DNA from: a virus
Lineage: Duplodnaviria > Caudoviricetes
Virus record (IMG/VR): IMGVR_UViG_3300037258_000095
Coordinates: 1-53,470 of that record
DNA length: 53,470 nt
Reading direction: 5' to 3' (one strand)
The stretch's first letter is position 1. Each line of letters opens with the position of its first letter. The notes beneath the pieces are model-generated. The model ran no database searches. It saw nothing but the letters and a program-made list of their open reading frames with translations, and was not told the origin of the DNA. A program made the position numbers and the translations under genes. This document shows positions 9,167 to 18,691 of this stretch, piece after piece.

Positions 9167-11622
9167 TACCCGCTCCTCGGAAGGTACGTGCCCGGTGAGT
9201 TGCGATGCAGTTTCGCCACATCTTGTACGGTCTGTTGTCGCGTACGTTCGTTCGACGCGTCAACGTAAGCACGCATGCGCGCCTCGGAACCGGGATCTGC
9301 GTTTGTGAAATCGTAATAATTATGGTTCGTGACGCTCGGCGCAGATTGTCCGACCGGCGCGAGCGCTTTCATTTGACCGGGTGTAAACACGCCTTCGCCG
9401 CGCTTGGCGATAATCGGCACTTCGCCGTCGACAATGCCGCCCGTATGGAAACGCGGCGCATCGTCGAAATACGCGGGATGAATGTAACGTGTGGCTGGAA
9501 ATTCGCTACCGACAATCGCGCCCGTATGTGCCACAAGCGACGCGGCACCACCAACACCCGAACCGGCACTGCTTACGCTGGCCGTGCCGCCTCCGAGGCC
9601 GAGCAGGCCGAGCAGACCGCCCCCGCCTGTCGTTCCACCAAACAGGCTTGATATCGCGCGATTCGATGCGATGCTGATAAGCTGGTCGGCTACTTTCGCC
9701 AGTTGATTTGCGAGCGCCGGCAATAACTGCGTTCCGCTGCGAATATCCTGCAGGAATCCGGTAAGTGCTCCACCCGAAATACTTTTCGTCGTCGTGAGTG
9801 CGTCGTTCATACGAATCTGGCCGGCGATGGCGTCGTTCATGTGCTGTGTATAAGCATCGCCGTAGAGTTGACGCATTTGCGTAGCGACTTGTTGCTCGGT
9901 GTCGTCACGACCAAGTTGCGACGTGTTAAACGTCAAGTTCGATTTGGCTTGCAGATTTGCGGCGGCTTGCGCCGCTTCGCCGAGCGCCTGCGCTTCATTG
10001 TGGAGCGCGGCGCTTTGCTGATCGGTGAGCGAGATACCGCGCAGACGGAAATCGGCCAGCTTAGTTTGCTCGGCGCGATACGCGGCTACGGCACCAGTAC
10101 CTAGGCCGACGGCACCAGCGTTGATATTCTCCGCGTCGGTCGATTGCCGGATAGCGATAAGCCCGAGCGCCGTAGCGGCGGCGTACGCCTTGATTGCGTC
10201 GGCGTCTTTGGTCGTAACGCTAACGCCAGCCAAACGTGCAAGCGTGAGTTCGTTTTCTTTTTGCGCGGCTTGCTGTTGCAAGTTGGCAAGAGGCCCGAGC
10301 AATCCGATATATTGCTGTTGCAAGGATATCTGATTTTTCAGCACGTTCGGATCGACAGTGCCGCCGCCACGAATCGACGCAGCTTTAGAATTCAAACCGT
10401 TTTGCAAACCGGAATTGGTGAATTTGCCGAGATCGGAATTTGCGTTATCGAATTGTCCGGCCAACGTGTTTGAATTTGCTTTACGTTGCGACGCAGGATC
10501 AATCGACATGGATATAATTTTCGCCATCCAAGGCGGCATTTTCCACGAAGTAATTTCCACGAATGCGGCCTTGGCACCCGTGGTAAAGTTTTTCCAACCT
10601 GTGTTCCACGCTTCGTCGAATTCGCGTGCACGTTTGATTAGCTGCTCGTCAGCAGCGCCGCCGAATTGCGCAGCGGCGCGCGCCGCGTCCTGAATACCGA
10701 CCGAGCCTTGCGAAAGGTATTGCACCCACTCGCGCGTGACCGGCAAACCCATTTGCTGCAAAAGCTGATACTTTTGCGCCTCGGTGCGCGCGTTGGCGAT
10801 AAGGTCCGCAGCCTTGTAAAGATTCTGCGTGAACGAACCGGCTTGCACGTTATTGGCGCGGAACAGATCGGCCAGCGATCCCATGTTGTCTTTTGCTTGC
10901 GCCGTCAGATCCGAAAATTGCGTCATGCCTTTAAGGAAATCCGCCGTGTCGATTCCCTTAAAGGCCGCGACCGATTCCAATCCGTGAAGCGATTGCACAG
11001 TGCTTTCCGTGCGCTCTGACAACTCGCCCATGGCAAGTTCCTGCGCCTTGATCGCGTTGTAAGCGATCAAGCTGCCTGCGGCGATTGCTACGAAACTACC
11101 GATCAATAGGTTCGTCGGCGTCAAGAGTCCGCTGATCGCACTGCGTAGCCCGGAAAATCCGCCGACCAAATGCGCGTTGTCGATATAGAGGAGTGCCGCC
11201 ATGCCGGCGGTTTGTCCGAACTGTGGACCGAGCAGCGCGAGATCGCCGACCAGGCCGCGGAGCACCATTCGTTGCCCGCGCAGCGACTCGCTTCCGGCGT
11301 CTACGACATTCGTGCCATTACGTTGTGCAGCGGCGTAAACGTTCAAATCGCCAACGGCGGATTGCAGCGACTTTTGTACGGCGGCATAAGCAGCCGTTGC
11401 GGGTGCGGCGGCGCTTTTAATCGACGCCGTGCTGGTCGCAACTGTGTTTGCCGCCTTACTGGCGACGACGGACGCTGCGCCCCACTTCGTTGCCGCTTGT
11501 TCAACTGCGGCCAATGCGGCGGCAGCGGGTGCGGCGGAAGTCGTAAGTTTATCGAGCGCTGCGGAGGCTGCCGTGGCTTGCGTACTGTCGATCGCCAAAC
11601 CGAGGGTCGCAATATCGGCCAT
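9166..11622 (-). CDS. Tape measure protein
   Basis: 818 aa Ala/Gln-rich helical protein, MADIATLGLAIDS start, C-terminal HTGG...GEVPIIAKRGEGV. Confidence 0.92.
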   Translation of the reverse strand: MADIATLGLAIDSTQATAASAALDKLTTSAAPAAAALAAVEQAATKWGAASVVASKAANTVATSTASIKSAAAPATAAYAAVQKSLQSAVGDLNVYAAAQRNGTNVVDAGSESLRGQRMVLRGLVGDLALLGPQFGQTAGMAALLYIDNAHLVGGFSGLRSAISGLLTPTNLLIGSFVAIAAGSLIAYNAIKAQELAMGELSERTESTVQSLHGLESVAAFKGIDTADFLKGMTQFSDLTAQAKDNMGSLADLFRANNVQAGSFTQNLYKAADLIANARTEAQKYQLLQQMGLPVTREWVQYLSQGSVGIQDAARAAAQFGGAADEQLIKRAREFDEAWNTGWKNFTTGAKAAFVEITSWKMPPWMAKIISMSIDPASQRKANSNTLAGQFDNANSDLGKFTNSGLQNGLNSKAASIRGGGTVDPNVLKNQISLQQQYIGLLGPLANLQQQAAQKENELTLARLAGVSVTTKDADAIKAYAAATALGLIAIRQSTDAENINAGAVGLGTGAVAAYRAEQTKLADFRLRGISLTDQQSAALHNEAQALGEAAQAAANLQAKSNLTFNTSQLGRDDTEQQVATQMRQLYGDAYTQHMNDAIAGQIRMNDALTTTKSISGGALTGFLQDIRSGTQLLPALANQLAKVADQLISIASNRAISSLFGGTTGGGGLLGLLGLGGGTASVSSAGSGVGGAASLVAHTGAIVGSEFPATRYIHPAYFDDAPRFHTGGIVDGEVPIIAKRGEGVFTPGQMKALAPVGQSAPSVTNHNYYDFTNADPGSEARMRAYVDASNERTRQQTVQDVAKLHRNSPGTYLPRSG

Positions 11623-11630
11623 TCACCTAC

Positions 11631-11878
11631 CTATTTCGCACGAGCCGCAGTTCTAAACGCCGCCATAACGTCGGCAGCCGGGGGCGCCTCTCCCAACATC
11701 GCATCTGCGACTGTCGAGCGGAGCGAAGCACCGTGCATCGCTAAAAGCATTTCCTTACGGCCTTCGAAGGCCGTTTCGATCGCGGGAATCGCCGTATCGA
11801 GCGTTTGTTGTTCGGTCCACCCGCACCAACCCATTCCGATTTCAAGCAGCCGGCCGATGTATTCCGACCGGCTTAACC
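11631..11878 (-). CDS. Tail assembly chaperone T segment, probably reached by -1 frameshift
   Basis: -1 frame reads RLSRSEYIGRLLEIGMGWCGWTEQQTL directly after GGGGGAA in the upstream gene. Confidence 0.65.
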
Positions 11879-12211
11879 TTCCCCCGGCGGGGGCGCCAAT
11901 TTACCCGGCGTTTCCTCGACAGGTTCGCGTCCACCGTTCGAAAGCAACGTGAGATATTTGGTAAGCGGCCCAACAAGATCGGACATGCCGGCGGCGTAGA
12001 CTGCCGACTTGATTTCCTTCGGCGGCTTGCCGAGGCCGGCGGCTACGATCGAGATATAGGCGGCGGAATTGAGCGTTGCGAGCTGACGGTATGCCTCGGT
12101 GTACGAACCGAAAAGCGCGTTGATTTCCTCCCACGCGCGCACGGTACAGCGCAGCGTGTGGGTATCCTCGCCGAGTTTAATATCGACTTCGCCGAGTGAC
12201 GAAACGGCCAT
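11873..12211 (-). CDS. Tail assembly chaperone G
   Basis: Between tail tube and tape measure; ends ...LLSNGGREP...PPPGEG. Confidence 0.75.
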   Translation of the reverse strand: MAVSSLGEVDIKLGEDTHTLRCTVRAWEEINALFGSYTEAYRQLATLNSAAYISIVAAGLGKPPKEIKSAVYAAGMSDLVGPLTKYLTLLSNGGREPVEETPGKLAPPPGEG

Positions 12212-12279
12212 GTATCCCCCTTGGGTGGTAAGCGGTGACGCGCATACTATACATGCCACCGCTTACTGTCAACCCAAAG

Positions 12280-12999
12280 TTACGGAACGTGCGGCGTGTC
12301 GACCAGCGATCCCGACGTGATATCGAGGGTCGCAGTCGCCATAAGCACGCTGTCCACGCTGGCGTAGTTGGTTTCGTAGCCGGTGACTTTGGCCTTGAAC
12401 AACTGCGTCGAACCGACCGGAATGGACGTTCCCGAATGGCCGGTGCCGGCCGAACCGGACGTGGTGATCGCCGTACCCGCCACGGAATTCGCGAGGCTCG
12501 ACGAAACCGCGAACGTGTTGGCGGTAAGGTTCGAGTCGTTCGTGACGTAGTAGGTCGTTCCCGCCACCAGGCCGGTCGGCAGTGTACCGCTCGTCGCAAA
12601 CTTGACGGCAGCACCGGCCGGAAGTCCGTGTGCGGTCCACGTCACGACACCGGGCGCGGCAACGGTAATGGTCACGGTCGACGTAACCGGGGCCACGGCG
12701 TCATTCGCCGTGATCTTGATATTATAGTCGAGATCGATTCCGAGTGCCGTCTGCAGCGCTAGTTGGCCGGTATTCGACAGATCCTTGCCGAGTCCAATCG
12801 CAACGTCGCCGTCGTCGAACGACCCTTTGAATTTTTGCGTCCCGCGCGTATTGAGCGGGTTGTATTTGACCACGTTGTATTTGCGGCCAAAAGAGGGAAT
12901 CGTGACGATTTCGCTCACTTCGATAAAGGTATCGGTCGCACCGACAGCGGCAGTCGTGCCGATGTAAAGCCGTGCGCCGGCAGAGGTAGACGCGCCCAT
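12280..12999 (-). CDS. Major tail tube protein with internal beta-rich insertion
   Basis: TSAGARLYIG, KFKGSFDDG, GQLAL core; TAHGL...LPTGL..GTTYYV insert. Confidence 0.82.
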   Translation of the reverse strand: MGASTSAGARLYIGTTAAVGATDTFIEVSEIVTIPSFGRKYNVVKYNPLNTRGTQKFKGSFDDGDVAIGLGKDLSNTGQLALQTALGIDLDYNIKITANDAVAPVTSTVTITVAAPGVVTWTAHGLPAGAAVKFATSGTLPTGLVAGTTYYVTNDSNLTANTFAVSSSLANSVAGTAITTSGSAGTGHSGTSIPVGSTQLFKAKVTGYETNYASVDSVLMATATLDITSGSLVDTPHVP

Positions 13000-13014
13000 G
13001 GTATCCTCCGGGGT

Positions 13015-13440
13015 TTAAGTGATAATGACGTAAGGAATGCTCACGGGGTATCTCACCCACGGCGCATCGCGTAGCGCAGCCGCCGACTGAGGCGGTGCGT
13101 TGACTCGTAGCATGCGGCCACCGGCCACCAGTTCCGTACCGAGCGCAAAGCGCGCGATAATCAGATCGACCAAACGCAACGCTGCGGCTTCGCCCTTACC
13201 TTCGGGCACCACTGCGTCGACCTGGAAAATTCCCCGGTTGATATCGGAGCCGCCGAACGCCAGCGCGGAATGCTGCGTCTGCGCCTTAAGCAGCGGGTGC
13301 ACTTCCAGGTATGTGATACCGATAACGGGAGTATATGCGACGAGGGGCCACGCAATCGGCGTCACCGGAGTTGTAATATCCGGTGTTTTCAGTTGCGCAC
13401 ACAGCGCCGCTTGTATCAGGTCGCTAATTTGTGCGTTCAT
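13015..13440 (-). CDS. Tail terminator (DUF4128-like)
   Basis: IAWP, GIFQVD...G.G, PVSIPY motifs; position. Confidence 0.75.
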   Translation of the reverse strand: MNAQISDLIQAALCAQLKTPDITTPVTPIAWPLVAYTPVIGITYLEVHPLLKAQTQHSALAFGGSDINRGIFQVDAVVPEGKGEAAALRLVDLIIARFALGTELVAGGRMLRVNAPPQSAAALRDAPWVRYPVSIPYVIIT

Positions 13441-13459
13441 GGATCACGTTCCCGCGCCA

Positions 13460-13864
13460 TTACGGCACTCCGTTCGCGGCTGTCGTGACGACGGCGCCAT
13501 ATTCCTGCACGCTGGTACGCACCATGCCGGCTGGCGCTTGTTTCGAATAACCGTATTCGAGGCGGCGCGAATATGGCAGATTGTTTACTAGGTAAATAAT
13601 ATCGCCGGCTTTCAACTGCAACACAGCGGCGTCGACTCTCGAAATCGTCGCGCTGCCATCCTTGTCGAACAGTTCGAGCGTACCGGGCGGTATGGCACCG
13701 ATTGCCACCTGCCAGTTGCTTTTGAAACGGCCGGTATCCACGGGCGACTTTTCAATCACGCGTGAAAACAAATCGAGCGCGACTTTGCGCACTACAAGAT
13801 CGATGTTGCCCTTGGCCTTATCGACGAACCGCTTAATATCGAGTTCGAAGTTGCCGAGGGCCAT
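13460..13864 (-). CDS. HK97 gp10-like neck/tail-completion protein
   Basis: SPVDTGRFKSNW, NNLPYSRRLEYGYSKQAPAGMV. Confidence 0.88.
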   Translation of the reverse strand: MALGNFELDIKRFVDKAKGNIDLVVRKVALDLFSRVIEKSPVDTGRFKSNWQVAIGAIPPGTLELFDKDGSATISRVDAAVLQLKAGDIIYLVNNLPYSRRLEYGYSKQAPAGMVRTSVQEYGAVVTTAANGVP

Positions 13865-13867
13865 ATA

Positions 13868-14242
13868 TCAGGTCCGCAGTTGCAGTATGTAAATGACCGC
13901 GACGCCGGATGGCGAAATCGGTTTCGAATCGATGATGCGATAAACCGTGCCGTCTGCCGCGACGAGCGTGTCGAAAGGCGTAGGCTTTATTCCGTTCGGC
14001 GGAACGATGTAACAAAGTCGATCGGTGCGCAGAATGTCCGCATTGTCCGCGTACGCCGGATACCAGCGCGGCAAATTGACGATAACGCCCTGCGTCGGGT
14101 AATTCGTGGTCGTACTTGTCGGTTCATAGTCGGTTCCACCCGTCACCGTCTGCCGACTCACGTTTACGATCTGCCCGAATTGCGTAAGCAGATTTTGTGC
14201 GACCGTTTGCAACGATGAATAATCGAACGGAACGACGGTCAA
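13868..14242 (-). CDS. Head closure (stopper) protein
   Basis: A..LL.QFGQ, I...D.L, PISPSGV.VIY.LQL; position. Confidence 0.75.
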   Translation of the reverse strand: MTVVPFDYSSLQTVAQNLLTQFGQIVNVSRQTVTGGTDYEPTSTTTNYPTQGVIVNLPRWYPAYADNADILRTDRLCYIVPPNGIKPTPFDTLVAADGTVYRIIDSKPISPSGVAVIYILQLRT

Positions 14243-14799
14243 GATCGCACCATACGAACATTGCCGGACGTGCTGCCCGGCGTGGACGTAACGAGGCCGC
14301 GTAACAGTCCCTCGATTTTCACATACCGATCGACGGCCGGCGCACCGTCCATGTAAACGATATCTTGCTCGATCACGTCGACCTTATTGTGCGTGCTCTT
14401 GATCGCGTTGCCGCGCACAAGCACAGGTTCAAGCACGGTGCCGGTAAGCGCGAGCAAAGCCGCCTCGGCGGCGGCGTACGACACCTGCAGCGGCACGGTC
14501 GTAATGGGAATCGGCCAGCCGTTAATGTCAAGAAGCTGTTGCGTATAACCGCGATAATAGCCGCGCAAACCATCCACGCGCGGCCATGAAAGCGATTGCG
14601 TCTGCGTGGACGTAATGCCGACCCACCTATCACGGTACTGGTTTTCCAGGTACGACGTGCCGATGCGCAGCGCGTTTTCGAGGTCTATAGTCGTCCCTGT
14701 CCACGCCGTAACGCCGCGTGCCGCAAAATACGCCGCCGCATCCGTGAGCGAGATATAACTATCGGCGGCGGCGTCGCCCGGCGTGGCATTTAGGGACAT
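14239..14799 (-). CDS. Head-tail adaptor (DnaT-like phage family)
   Basis: ADSYISLTDAAAYF, QSLSWPR, VP.QV..A.AE.AL. Confidence 0.8.
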   Translation of the reverse strand: MSLNATPGDAAADSYISLTDAAAYFAARGVTAWTGTTIDLENALRIGTSYLENQYRDRWVGITSTQTQSLSWPRVDGLRGYYRGYTQQLLDINGWPIPITTVPLQVSYAAAEAALLALTGTVLEPVLVRGNAIKSTHNKVDVIEQDIVYMDGAPAVDRYVKIEGLLRGLVTSTPGSTSGNVRMVRS

Positions 14800-14803
14800 T
14801 GCG

Positions 14804-15115
14804 CTACTCCGGTATCGACTGTTCGATCAACGCAATGGCTTGCGCCCGATTTTCGGGAGTACGGCCCGTAACGCTTTCCGCGAGCATGCGCAGTTCGCCG
14901 GGCGGTTTTTCGCGCCAGTTTTTCGGCAGGTTCGCTAACGGATGCGGCGGCGGACCCGGCGGCGGCGATAACGGGGGCAACGGCGAAGGCGGTAACGACG
15001 CGGTGTACAACGTGTGTACAGCCGCGTCGAAATCCGATGCGTTGATCTCCACGAAATCGCCCTGCGACGGGTGCGATGGCAAAACGCGAACCGTCGGAAC
15101 CGTGGCGTGCGACAT
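14804..15115 (-). CDS. Small head-associated protein, paralog B
   Basis: TVRV...QGDFVEINASDFDAAVHTLY with Pro-rich linker; TAATG coupling. Confidence 0.65.
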   Translation of the reverse strand: MSHATVPTVRVLPSHPSQGDFVEINASDFDAAVHTLYTASLPPSPLPPLSPPPGPPPHPLANLPKNWREKPPGELRMLAESVTGRTPENRAQAIALIEQSIPE

Positions 15116-15384
15116 TACGCGGCCGGGACAGCCGGCGGCTCGACCGGAGCCGGGGGCGTTTCGGGCGCTGGCGCGGGCGGCTCGACCGGAGCCGGGGGCG
15201 TTTCGGGCGCTGGCGCGGGCGGCTCGACCGGAGCCGGGGGCGTACGATTCACGTCGTCCGCTTTTTGGTCGTGAAACAGTTCGTGTTTCAACGGGTCGAA
15301 TTCGTCTTTGTTGATCTCGACGAACAAGCCCTGAGTTTCGTGCCACGCCTTAACGAGCACAGTTTCAACGGATTTCCACGACAT
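15115..15384 (-). CDS. Small head-associated protein, paralog A, with Pro-rich repeat tail
   Basis: TVLV...QGLFVEINKDEFDPLKHELF; GAAGGA RBS. Confidence 0.7.
   Translation of the reverse strand: MSWKSVETVLVKAWHETQGLFVEINKDEFDPLKHELFHDQKADDVNRTPPAPVEPPAPAPETPPAPVEPPAPAPETPPAPVEPPAVPAA
15134..15243. repeat. 42-bp tandem repeat, about 2.6 copies (TPPAPVEPPAPAPE)
   Basis: Identical units start at 15134, 15176 and 15218. Confidence 0.9.
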
Positions 15385-15420
15385 TTTGTATCCTTCGGTT
15401 CGGGGATGGACTCTATGAAC

Positions 15421-15444
15421 GGGCCGGGAACGAACCCCCGGCCC
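15421..15444 (-). terminator. GC hairpin after major capsid gene (terminator/attenuator, weak U tract)
   Basis: GGGCCGGG-8 nt-CCCGGCCC. Confidence 0.55.
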
Positions 15445-15477
15445 GTCTTACAGTCCACGCCTTAGCTTACAGTAAAC

Positions 15478-16635
15478 TTAGGCGCCGAGCAAGATAGCGC
15501 TGTGCTCGGTCTTGATCGTCTTGACGCCCCACGCAGCCGAGATTTCGTACTGCATTTGGCGGTATTGCGCGTACATCGCGATTTCGAACGCGAAGCCCGA
15601 AATCGGGTCCACGATCGTCTGACGGTCGATTGCCAGGTCGCCGCCGTCCGGCAGCGCCGGCAGACGAGCGGCCAGGATAAGGGCCGAACGGGCGAAAACC
15701 ATGTTACGCGAGGATTGCGCAACGATGGTGATTGCCTTAGCCGAAGCCGGCAACGCTTGCACAAGGCCGGGTGCCGCCAGTACGACGGTGCCGCCTGCAG
15801 ACACGTCGGCGCTGCCGCTGACAGCCACGTACTTGTTCGTGTCGCCAGCGAACGTCAACACGTCACCGGCAATGATCGTGCCGGTGCCGGCCGAAGCCAG
15901 CGTGATCGTGGTCGCACCGACGGCGTAACCAGCGGTGTTCGAGGTCGCGGAGGCCGCAGTGCCGGCAACCGGACGCTTGACCTGGCCGGATTCGCGGATA
16001 TCGAAGCCCTGCACCTGGCCGATCAAGCCCTGGCGAAGCATCGTGTCGTTGCCGGCTTCGTTCACACGATTCAGGTTCGGCAAAGCGCGCAAGACGGCGC
16101 CGGACGAAGTGCTGAGAATCATGTGCATGTCGCTGGTCGGCGCACCGTTGTCGACCAGGATTTTACGGGACTGTGCAAAGCCGGTAAGATCGGTCGCAAA
16201 CGGATCGGTCGCGGCGGTGCCGTAAGCACGGGACGACGCGATGAACTGGCCGGCGAGATCGGCTTCCATTTCGTTCGTCAGTGCACGGAGCGCTTGCGCG
16301 ATCTGCTGCTGCTGAATCGACAGGGCACCGGGGCCACCGTTATTAACACCGAGGGTCTGTTCGCCATTCCAACGGAACGGCACGCGCCGCGCCTTGGTAA
16401 TGGTGAGCGACAGATTTCCGATGGTCTGATCGCCGTCGTCGGGCGGAGTCACACCGGGGGTGATATCCGAGGCGGTCACGGCCGGGGCCACGAACGAACG
16501 GACGGTTTGCCCGACGGCCGCGCGCTCGGTGGTGGGATCACGGGTGACGGCCGGAATGAAACCGACCAACTCACGCGAAACCACGTCGAGCGCAGAATAC
16601 ACGTCGGGAATCAGGGAGGTAAGCGTATTCGACAT
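15478..16635 (-). CDS. Major capsid protein (P22 coat-like family)
   Basis: MSNTLTSLIPDVYSALDVVSRELVGFIPAV..., AAWGVK; follows scaffold gene. Confidence 0.9.
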   Translation of the reverse strand: MSNTLTSLIPDVYSALDVVSRELVGFIPAVTRDPTTERAAVGQTVRSFVAPAVTASDITPGVTPPDDGDQTIGNLSLTITKARRVPFRWNGEQTLGVNNGGPGALSIQQQQIAQALRALTNEMEADLAGQFIASSRAYGTAATDPFATDLTGFAQSRKILVDNGAPTSDMHMILSTSSGAVLRALPNLNRVNEAGNDTMLRQGLIGQVQGFDIRESGQVKRPVAGTAASATSNTAGYAVGATTITLASAGTGTIIAGDVLTFAGDTNKYVAVSGSADVSAGGTVVLAAPGLVQALPASAKAITIVAQSSRNMVFARSALILAARLPALPDGGDLAIDRQTIVDPISGFAFEIAMYAQYRQMQYEISAAWGVKTIKTEHSAILLGA

Positions 16636-16682
16636 TGCGAGATCGTCCTTATGCTATGCGGGGCCGGTTGGCGAGCCGCGAG

Positions 16683-17456
16683 TTAATCGACCGGCTTAAA
16701 ACCGGCCTTGATTTTCGCCGCCTGCTCGTAAGGCGTGAGTTTGTCCCACTCCGCACGAACAATCGACTTGTCGCCGGGCGTCTCGCCCTTCGCATCTTTC
16801 GGCGATTTCCCACCGCCGCCGGCCCCCGTTCCTTCGAACAGCGATGGCCACGATTTTTTCGCTTCCGTCACGAGATCGTCGAACGTCGCGCCGCCATCGG
16901 CACCGGCACCGGCCATCGGCGTTTTGCCGTCAGCCTGCATGATGCGAATTACGCGCTTGCCGTCCACGGTTTCGAAATTGATGCGCTTGCTCAGACGTTC
17001 GGTAAGCAGGTCGGTGCCTTCCGAAGTGGCTTTCGCTTTCGTAAGCGCACCCATAACGGAAGTTTCGATGATGGCACCGCGCTCCGATGCACGCGACGCT
17101 TTCAATTCGGTTTCGAGGGACGCTTTTTCACCGTCCCATTTTTCCTGTTTTTGTTTCAGGATAGCTTCAAAGTTGCCGGACTTTTTCGCAGCCTCGGTTT
17201 CGGCGGCGTTGGCGGCGGCGACGAGCGCGGCAACTTCCTCGGGCGTCTTGCCCGCCGCTTCCCACGTCTTGACTTGCTTTTCGAGCGTCGCGCGGCTCGC
17301 GCGCTCTTTACCAAGCGCGGATTTCAGGCCGGTAATTTCCGCCTCCGAAACGACGCCGGTAACGTCAAGATGAAACTTGCCGTCCTTTTCGACGTAGGCA
17401 CCGCGCAACGCCTCGGGAACCGAATCCAATTTTTCGACAGTCAACTCCAACGACAT
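16683..17456 (-). CDS. Scaffolding protein
   Basis: LDSVPE..R..Y.E.DGKF.L, GLKSAL.KER, coiled coil, LF.G.G.GGG. Confidence 0.82.
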   Translation of the reverse strand: MSLELTVEKLDSVPEALRGAYVEKDGKFHLDVTGVVSEAEITGLKSALGKERASRATLEKQVKTWEAAGKTPEEVAALVAAANAAETEAAKKSGNFEAILKQKQEKWDGEKASLETELKASRASERGAIIETSVMGALTKAKATSEGTDLLTERLSKRINFETVDGKRVIRIMQADGKTPMAGAGADGGATFDDLVTEAKKSWPSLFEGTGAGGGGKSPKDAKGETPGDKSIVRAEWDKLTPYEQAAKIKAGFKPVD

Positions 17457-17560
17457 ATTACAGCCTCTCGCTGATAGAACCGGCTTCCCGCCGGCAGGGT
17501 GAATTACTGCCTAGGATTATTGAGCGTCGGATATGCACCTAGGATTCGATCCGTTCACTT

Positions 17561-18691
17561 TTATTCGTCGTACTTGTCGCGCAATTGCTCCGTCGTTAAC
17601 GGGCGTCCGTTTTGGTCGAGCAGATCGCGCAATGTAATCTTGCCTGCGCGCCACAGCGCGGCTTTGCCTTCGCCGAGCACCGTGTCTTGTCGAGCGGCGG
17701 ATTGCTTGTTCAGCCACGATTCGAACGTCGTACTTGCCGCGACCTGGCCGTCCATGGCCGCTCGTGTCGTGTGGGGCACTTCGTCAGCGTCGATACCGAT
17801 ATCGCGCCACGATTTCAGCACCGGAATGCTAGTCGAACGACAACCCCAATGCAACGCGCCCGGTCCCTCCAACCATGGCGGCGCATCGTCTATCGGCTCG
17901 TGCGTTTTTACGTCGTACTGGCAGCCGTCACGCGCGATGCACCATTCGGAAGTGCGCGTATCAAGCACGGAATGCCACTGCACAGCCGAAATCAGATCGG
18001 CGTTATCATCGTACGTTGCCGTACGTGCGGCGTTGGCTACTGCCTGCACCGATGCGCGCACCAGGCGCGTAGCCGATACACGCGATACGTCCATGAGGCC
18101 GGTCGTATCTTTTGTTCCGCGCACTCGATCAATAAGTTGCGCGTTCGTTTCGCCGAGTGCGATACCGCGGCGCATTTCATCGCCGAAACGATCGGCCAGC
18201 CCTTGCGCCTGGCGTGACCACCAATCTTTACTTGCGGCACCCTGAATCAACACGTCCGACGCCAGCGCCGACAACTCCCCACGTGTTAAACCAACGTCGG
18301 CGAAGTCAGCACGTACGGCGTAGTTGATGGCGTTCGCCGTCCACGTCGATTCCTTATCGGCAACGTCGCGCGTCTCGCTCGCCATAAGCGTGTTCGTCGA
18401 TCGATACGCCGCCTGTATATCCGCCTCGACCTGTCCCTGCAGTTTGACGAGACGCCCTTGCTGGTAACTATCCGCCGTAGTTCCGGTCGGGTCGATTTTG
18501 GCGATTGCCGCCACAATGTCGATTTCGAGCTGGTCGAGCAGTTCGACGACCTTGTTTGTCGTGCCCGATTCCAGTCGCAGGATATCAACGGCCCGTTGCA
18601 TAAACAGGTCGACGATCGTGTCATTTGCCGAACCTGCCGCGACGGAGCGCTCGGCTACGTCACTCGACAGGGTTTCAATCGGCGGCGGCAT
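17561..18691 (-). CDS. Minor head morphogenesis protein (Mu gpF-like)
   Basis: VLDTRTSEWCIARDG, HWGCRS, LLDQNGRPLT.EQL. Confidence 0.88.
   Translation of the reverse strand: MPPPIETLSSDVAERSVAAGSANDTIVDLFMQRAVDILRLESGTTNKVVELLDQLEIDIVAAIAKIDPTGTTADSYQQGRLVKLQGQVEADIQAAYRSTNTLMASETRDVADKESTWTANAINYAVRADFADVGLTRGELSALASDVLIQGAASKDWWSRQAQGLADRFGDEMRRGIALGETNAQLIDRVRGTKDTTGLMDVSRVSATRLVRASVQAVANAARTATYDDNADLISAVQWHSVLDTRTSEWCIARDGCQYDVKTHEPIDDAPPWLEGPGALHWGCRSTSIPVLKSWRDIGIDADEVPHTTRAAMDGQVAASTTFESWLNKQSAARQDTVLGEGKAALWRAGKITLRDLLDQNGRPLTTEQLRDKYDE

Noticed and set aside
14804-15346. 180-aa ORF with SGRAARASARNAPG repeats
   Set aside because: The 5' part is an off-frame reading of the 42-bp repeat; the real gene probably starts at 15115.
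15502-17474. Long plus-strand ORFs opposite capsid, scaffold and terminase genes
   Set aside because: Antisense shadows of GC-biased coding strands with no motifs.
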